In this document: positions 55,797-64,000 of the stretch, piece by piece
Position numbering within the stretch: the stretch's first letter is position 1
How the letters are laid out: the number at the start of each line of letters is the position of its first letter
NCBI GenBank assembly: GCA_951406725.2
Contig: OX597825.1
Coordinates: 65,162,001 to 65,226,000, forward strand
Reading direction: 5' to 3'
Origin: Octopus vulgaris
Taxonomy: Eukaryota
Length of the DNA stretch: 64,000 nt
Notes under the pieces: model-generated
Database searches by the model: none
Told to the model about the DNA's origin: nothing
The model's input: the letters and a program-made list of their open reading frames with translations, nothing else
Position numbers and translations under genes: made by a program

Positions 55797-58331
55797 CATA
55801 CACATGCACTCATGAACACACATACAGGGACACTCACACATGTGTCATTTATTTAAGAGTCTAACAGAATACTGAAAATATTTACGCTTAAAGCCTTATA
55901 TTAATGTTGACAAATGATATTATTTTGACAAACTGGATAAAATGTCAGTTCAAGACATGTATATATATATGAAAATAGACAAATTTTATTTGGAGGACTA
56001 CTTGAGACTTCTGTAAACTGGAGTTAACTTGAGGTCTGTAAATTGGAGTTAATTTGAGGTCAATTTGAAGTTTTCCCATGTTTTTATATACATAAATGAT
56101 ACAATGGGTCAGAATCCGGTGAAACCTCGTGCGAATTCATATCCTCTATATTTAGGTACATTGCAAAATACATCAACAGACAAAGGCACAGCTGTATTCA
56201 AAGCTATCTATGTATCATTTTTCAAGAAATTCTTATATCAAGTAAGTCTGCAAATACATTAAATTTGATACGTCAGATATATTTAAGTCTAGCATACATA
56301 AATTATGATAATTGTGTCATATTGTGAATGCACCAAGCTGGACATATGCCAAGGGCCAAGTCTTTCGGCTGTTAAACCTGCTGGAAAGAGTAGGGAAATA
56401 TACCACACATCATCATAGCATAAGGCACTATTGACAAAAAAAAATACCCAGTTGATATTGATAAATCAGATGCCATTTGACAATGAGAATGTTGAAATGG
56501 TCACGTTTGATACACCTTTTATTATAAAGTCTTCATGAAAGGGAGACCTGAGGTCTTGCAACAAAAACAATAACAATTTATTATCAGAGCTTATCTATTA
56601 AGCTCTTCAACGTAATAACAAAAACGTGTATATTCAGAGTGAATGAAAGAGCGATAGCACCTTTTCTACCGTCATTTCTAGAAAAACCTCTAAATGGTAC
56701 AAAATCATTTCTCAATCATGTCGCAGGAAGATAATTGTCGTAAGAATTTAGTAGTAAGCTTTACTAAGATACAACTGTAGGATGGATAGACCAACGTCTG
56801 GGATGACACTAGTGTTAAACTTTATCACCCGTGAAATAGCCATATTTCCTCACGACAACATCAGTTGCCTTGAAGGGGCGGGTTTTCATGCATCGATAAC
56901 TGTCAGATTTTCAAGGACCGTAAATTATTTTCTTAACACTCTAAAACAGCAGGTGTATAATAATCATTGAAAATTAAATATTTTCGCAAAGAAATCTGTT
57001 ATCATATTAAATACGACAAAGGAGCTTGCTATTGTATGGCAATAAATACAGACCGTGCCGGCATAAAATTTGGAGGAGATTTGAAAGGAGTATTATTTCT
57101 ATATATTCCCGCAAAGAAGGCAAAAATTAAACGAGGAAAGGTAAAGAAAAAAAAATCCCAGTAATTTCCAATAATGAATTCGTAATCGGAATGAAAATTC
57201 TGCAAGTATACAAAACGGATTTAGTGAAAGCCATAAATTGAGCAGTAGTTTCATAGGCTGGGTTATGTTGAAAATAGTTCAGTTACATAAGCAGTTATAG
57301 AAATGTTGGTTGGAATCTTTAACGACAACCCTATAAAGGAATCTCTTGCTTTACAGACAAACAATTGACGTTATGCTATTCATCACAGAAGAAAAGAGGG
57401 AAAAGCGTCAAGTGAATATAAGCTTAATATAAGGGAACAAAAGTTAGAGTGACATGTTACATAGCAATGGAAAAGTGTGAATGGATAAATACTGCAGGGA
57501 GGAAAGAGAAGAGTTCGGGTAATAATACTGTTCTATTAAAAGGATAAGCTTCAGAGGAGAAGTACACTTTGTTGATAATCAGAATGAACAGAGAAGAAAT
57601 TAATGAGTCATGGAGAGAAATATGATGGAGCCTAAAAATGAAATTACAAAACGAGTAAGAAAGAATCGAAGTCTCAACAGTATAAAGATAAAATTCTATA
57701 GAGTGGAATATTTAAGAACTTAGATAAAAAAAAAATATCTATGGCTGGTTTAACTGCAATTTAGATTTTTCATTAACTAAAAGGAATAGAAGCGCCATCA
57801 ACCTTGTAAAATGCTAAGTGAAGAAAGGAGAGAAAGGTTTCACCACCTGCAGATGTGATGGAAAGGCACTTTCAAAGAATGGAATCTAGAAGACGTAGCA
57901 TATATTAAGAGTTTTCAGTAGTGTGCCTGTTAACAAACTCATTCTCGGCTGCTACTAAATAATTAATTGTTTCTAATTTAAGAACAAGGTCAATAATTTT
58001 GAGGGTAGTATTTTAGTCGATAAAATAAGCCCCAGGATTTAACTGGTGCGTTCTTTTATCGAGGTAAGCAGGAGGAAAGGCGAAGTCGACCTTGATAGAA
58101 CTTGAATCAGAACGTAAAGAACTGTAATAAATACAGGAAGGCATTCAGTTCTCTAAAGATTCTGTCAACCCACCGATCTTCTACGTATGATAACAGAACA
58201 AAATAAATCCTACATATCTTAAGAGATTGACGCAGAATCTTTCATGTGGATTATTCAAACAGCAAGACACAACTAACTAACTCATTTTCTGGTTATCAAT
58301 TCCTTGAAAATATTAACTATAACGAAATGCA

Positions 58332-58437
58332 TACTTATTCTATCGGTCTCTTTTACCGAACCGCTGTTACGGGGACTCAAAACACACCAGCATCGCTTGT
58401 CAAGCGATGTTGGGGAACAAACACAGACACACAAATA

Positions 58438-58528
<91 letters not shown>

Positions 58529-58683
58529 ACGACTGGCTTCTTTCAGTTTCCGTCTACCAAATCCATTCACAAGACTTTGGTCGGCTCGAGGCTATAGTAG
58601 AAGACACTCGGCCAAGGTGCCACGCAGTGGAACTGAACCCGGAATTATGTGGTTGCTAAGCAAGCTACTTACCACACAGGCAC
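58332..58683 (-). mobile_element. SINE type A with expanded internal (CA)n(TA)n
   Basis: Matches 24420-24712. Confidence 0.92.
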
Positions 58684-59207
58684 GTAATCTATTCAGCGTG
58701 TTGTGTGACAATAACACTAGATTTACAATATTCAGGAACAGTATTCTATTTGTTATATCTGCAAATATGAGAGCGTATTTAATATAAATCTACAGTGGCC
58801 ATCAAAAGCTACCATACATTAAATTAACTGTAAATAATTAACAATGTAACCCACTAAATCGTGCCAACATATGGTTAAGCACATATGGTGTGATGCACTC
58901 TAATTACATATTTACAGATTCTGTGCAAATAAACTACTCTTTTCCTGACATTTATTTTATAAAAATGTTTGTAGCGGAAAAATTTATAAAATAATCATTA
59001 ATGCTACCAGATATTATCATGAAATTAATGGGTTTATAATGATGTTGCTAAATCCCTAGAAACTAAATACTAATTACATAGATAAAACTACAGCAATTGA
59101 TTAGCTACAGGATACTCATATATGGTCACTCAATTTACCTGATATAACAGTTAAATTTTCATTGTATCACATTCTGAAATCTTTAAAGAGAGCAAGAATA
59201 CAATTGA

Positions 59208-59594
59208 TACTCTTTTTTTTACTCTTTTTACTTGTTTCAGTCATTTGACTGCGACCCCGAGACTTATTCTTTGTAAGCCCAGTACTTATTCTATCAGTCT
59301 CTTTTCCCGAACCGCTAAGTAACGGGGACGTAAACACAACAGCATCGGTTGTCAAGCAATGCTAGGGGGACAAACACAGACACACAAACACACACACATA
59401 CATATACATATATATATATATACATATATACGACTGGCTTCTTTCAGTTTCTGTCTACCAAATCCACTCACAAGGCATTGGTCGGCCCGGGGCTATAGCA
59501 GAAGACACTTGCCCAAGATGCCACGCAGTGGGACTGAACCCGGAATCATGTGGTTGGTTAGCAAGCTACTTACCACACAGCCACTCCTGCGCCT
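59208..59594 (-). mobile_element. Near full-length SINE type A with an about 35-bp deletion in the tail
   Basis: Matches 24313-24723 but lacks gccatgctggagcaccgcctttagtcgagcaaatc. Confidence 0.93.
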
Positions 59595-60320
59595 ATAATG
59601 ATAATATAGTTTTAAATACACTATATTTGAATAGAATATGGAACGGGTGTTTCTAGAAGTTTCTTGATCATAGATCTACAAAGAAAGGTTCAGAATTATC
59701 AGATCCACTATCCAACATGAATTTGTTACTGACTCTAAATTTTATAAGCTTTTCACTTATGTCTAGTTGAAATATAGCTTTGTTAGAATCCTTCAAATTA
59801 TGAGAGTGCATTTGATCTTTTATTATAGTAGGATCAGGAAAATCAATATAATTGATCTATTGTAAGATGCAGTCACCCAGCAGAGTCAACATGTCATCGA
59901 TTCCGTTTGATACGATTTAACATCTTGAGGCTACGAATGTTCAGAATTGACAACTATTGGCTGTAGCCAGTAAAACAAATATCTGTGGATTGTAGTGTAT
60001 CTTGTAATCAGGAAAACTGTACTTTCAACATATACAGGCTGTAAGCGGTCTAGAGATCGATAGATTGATCAAAGCATTGCCAAGCGTGCACAGATCCACG
60101 GACACACATACAACATACAAACACACACTTACATATATAGGGACTACTCTAACTGGGGGTCTATAGATCTTAAGGATCTTGAATACATGTATACAAACAC
60201 GTACACATATATATTGCTACTACTGTTATTGAAGTCTATAGAGATCTAAAATTATGAATATATACATGTATATGTGTGAGTGTGAGGGTAGGGAGAGGGA
60301 GAGATATTTGTTTATAGATG

Positions 60321-60376
<56 letters not shown>

Positions 60377-62098
60377 AAGAGTGGAGGCAAAATGAGAGAG
60401 AGTGAGAAAGAGCGAGAGAGAGAAAGAGAGTTTGTTTTCGTTTTACGAATTGTAGCATTATGGTAGCTGTTTTGATGTTATGATCTCTGTATTTGAAAAC
60501 AAAAACTAATTAATTGACTTATTATATTTATTAACTATATTTTTATAAAGAAGTCTGGATTCTTTAATGTTTCTTTCGAGATGAAGAGAAAACCAAAGCT
60601 ATTTAATACGATAAAGCACATAGAATATAGTCAAGTCTTCCTATTGTATTATCTTGTAAACTTGTAAACTTTAAATAATAACATCTTGGTTTCTTTTTTG
60701 ATATTGTTTTCCAGTTTCATTTCTGATATGAAAACAAAACTACTTTTCCTCTAAGATATCTTTAATGAGAAATTGAATTTCTTTACCTTTTGTCTTTCAA
60801 GATACAAAGGTGAATACATCATATCAACTTCCCAGTTTTTCAGACAATTCACGTTACTATCATTCAACAATGAATGGCTTCTTAGATCTTAAACTGCAGA
60901 TTATCTCCCATCAACCTCCTCCCCATTTACTCTTTCTCTCCCCCATTCATCCCTTTTATCATTTCTTTCCCTCCAACCCACCTCCCTATTTACAAGACAT
61001 ATTCACATATACAAACAAATGCACGTACACATATTTTAACCTTTATCGAATGTAAATATCTAAACGATACGATCACATTTTCTTTATTAAAATTTCCTTT
61101 TCAAAAGAATAAAAACAATTCTTTAAATTTTTATACCATTTTATTCAAACGGTTTTATATTTTCGTCTCTTTGCGTCTCCATTTTTCTCTTAGTATTAAG
61201 CTTTTTATTATATTTTCATTTATTTATTTATTTATTTTAATATTTCCTATTTTTTAATTTTTTTTTAAGCTGAAAATTAATTTCAGTCTTGATTAGCTGG
61301 TCAATTTAATTTTTCACGAAGAATAAAAATATGGAGGAATGAATGATAAAAATAGAAGTAAAGAAACAAAAATGCACAAAGAAAAGGCTAAGAATATTTA
61401 ACAACAATATGACAGACTAGTGAAGAATTACATGAAATAATTAAAATAAATATAATAACTTTAAATATATAAATAATAAAGTGCTGATATTTTGAGTGCG
61501 GAGAAAATGAAATGAAGATTTCTGAAGAAATAATAATTCACTATGTACATTTAATAGTCTTTTTATTAAAACGAAAATTTCATCAATTTTTAGCCATTGC
61601 TGGCAAAACTGGAAGCATCATTAAATATCTATAATCAAATTTATTAATGTTATTAAAACCTCCTGCTGGTTGGTTAGAGTTTGAAAATAGTCTAATGTAC
61701 TTCCGTTCCGAATTACTGCCGAAGCAGATGTGTTTTAAACATATATTCTGCCAAGTTTAGACGTTGGAATCGTTATATATTTAGTCTGCTAAGAACGTAT
61801 ATTCAATTGAATTATCTGTTCGTGTCTACAATAAGCAAAAACTAACAACGTAGTTTCTTATTGTTGTTGCAGTTGTTGCCTCTATTTATCCCCAGGATAA
61901 TACTGATCAAGCAGACAAGTTCCATGTGCTGTGTTAGTACTTGCGAAGAGTTGACATCATAAAACTTTAACTTCTTAGGCCATCAGCATTCTGCTCTTAT
62001 TTAATACAAATCTTTTATCAAATATTATATTTATTAGCAACAAATTTCAGTGATTTAACAATAAAAAGTAACTTAAATGATTAATGAATTCCATGCCG

Positions 62099-62307
<209 letters not shown>

Positions 62308-63311
62308 CTAGCTGATGCTCAACATATTCTCTGTTTAGTTTCACTGAGGTAATATAAATCTCGTTCTGATTTATCATTAATAAATAACTTTTAAATATCG
62401 GTACGAACGGATTAGCACTAAGGACTGACGTATGACATCTTCATTTTGAAACTACTCTGTACTTAACAGACGAATACTTTCAATCTTGATTATTCATACA
62501 ATAGAGTGAGGACTACGAGCCACTTAGTTCAATCTTAAAGTGGTACCCACATTACAAAGAGCAGTGTCTCGTTACAGAGGATAGTTTATTGTGTGACCAT
62601 TGAGAGGAATCAATGACCCACGTACCTTTGAGACCTGGACAGAGAACACGTTAAATTCTATAACTTGTACAACAAAGGAATTCCATTACGAAATACATTG
62701 GTTGAAGGGACGGTACAGTCTATTTCTCAGAATTACTCGAGCATATTTAAAGGGCTGTTGCAGCGACAGATGAAGGGTAGGAAAATGGGTTAACCAGATT
62801 TAAGCACACTAAGGTCATATTTACCTCCATTCAGTACGGGGAGAAATATGATAAATTGATATTTTTCCTCTCTGTTCCGTGCGTTGGTACTGACTTAACT
62901 CATAGGATTTAAGCTGTTTGTGTTTGCGCAGATGTATGTACACACACACGCGCACACACATTATATATATTGGCTATTTTAATACGATTGTAAGTTGTGT
63001 ATCGCTAATTCTTCGAAAGCAACATTAGAATATAATGGTTAATCATCGTTCAAAAATCTATTAATCATAAAACACCCTTCATAGGCTAGCAACTCATATC
63101 TCTCGTAGATGACAGAACACCAATGTCTAATAATATAACGAATATTTATGTATTACTAAGTCCCAGAAACAGGCATGCCTTTCATTCATGGAAATATTTT
63201 TATGAAAATATTTACCAAACATGCAAAATAAAAAAAAGAAATAAAACAATGAGTAAATATTTCTAATCGATAAGTTATCTTCTATTCTTAAACTTGTTCT
63301 CTAATTTCCAG

Positions 63312-63383
63312 CATTGTTAATATCAATCCAAGTGCAAATATACCAGGGAAAATTTAGTGCTGAAGTGCTTAAGTTGTACTCTT
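63312..63383 (+). CDS. Candidate coding exon: (S)LLISIQVQIYQGKFSAEVLKLYS
   Basis: Long pyrimidine acceptor cttgttctctaatttccag|, donor ctt|gtaagt. 72 nt, symmetric phase 1-1, open. Confidence 0.5.
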
Positions 63384-63676
63384 GTAAGTTGTTGGGAATT
63401 GGTTGGTATTCTCATTAGAAAATCAAGCACAATGTCTTACAGCATTTGTTGTGACTCTTAAAATTCTGAGTTCAAATCTTGTTGAGGTCAAGTGTAGTTT
63501 TTTTCCTTCTGAGGGCAGTATACTATAGAAGCAGTTGAAGACTGGGTTCAATAAAGTGACTATTAGCGGAGTTACCTTGCGCCATATTTGAGACCCTGTG
63601 CTTTTTCAAAAAGGACATTAGTTCAGTAAGATGGTGTTTCCGTTGTGAATGTTGCCGTTGCTATTGCTGCTGCTGC

Positions 63677-64000
63677 TTGTTTGTTTGTTTGTTTGTTTGT
63701 TGAGCGAAGCGGTCTTCGTGGGTAATGTCCGAAACGTGGTCCTTTGCTATTCGTAAGACCCGCAGAAGAGAAAGCAGGTCAACCCCCGACACCGAGAGCA
63801 TCGACGGATGGATGAATGCGCATCCAGGTTCATCGGTTGCGTAGGAAGTCGGGGACAAGAAACAGGAAAAAAGAGTGAGAGAAATTTGGAGCGAAAGAGT
63901 ACAACAGGGGTCGCCACCACCCCCTGCCGGAGCTTCGTGGAGCTTTAGGTGTTTTCGCTCAATAAACACAAACAACGCCCGGTCTGGAAATCGAAACCGC
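63677..64000 (-). mobile_element. SINE type B head/core with tail 3 and (AAAC)n end, cut by the window edge
   Basis: 63857-64000 matches 678-820; 63700-63855 is a different tail. Confidence 0.88.

Noticed and set aside
56010-56061. 25-bp tandem duplication (also 32-bp repeats at 16409-16490)
   Set aside because: Ordinary local duplications with two copies and no further structure.

Overview
AT-rich, repeat-saturated animal genomic DNA. The SINE families and the dense (TA)n/(CA)n/(GATA)n/(TTA)n microsatellites look like an octopus (coleoid cephalopod) genome; that assignment is inferred from recalled repeat sequences, not from a search. There is no long intact ORF, and nearly all of the supplied ORFs are microsatellite or SINE read-throughs. 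The window holds at least four tRNA-derived SINE types (called A-D here) with shuffled modules, decayed RTE, Dong/R4-like and Penelope-like retroelements, a mariner-derived foldback element and a non-autonomous Helitron. About ten hammerhead-ribozyme-like motifs lie in small foldback elements next to (TA)n tracts. Four plus-strand candidate exons (1977-2040, 8666-8891, 12938-13020, 63312-63383) join in one open frame, so most of the window may be intron of one gene, possibly a membrane or ion-channel protein. A few minus-strand exon candidates may form an antisense transcript. All coordinates were read by eye and may be off by a few bases.
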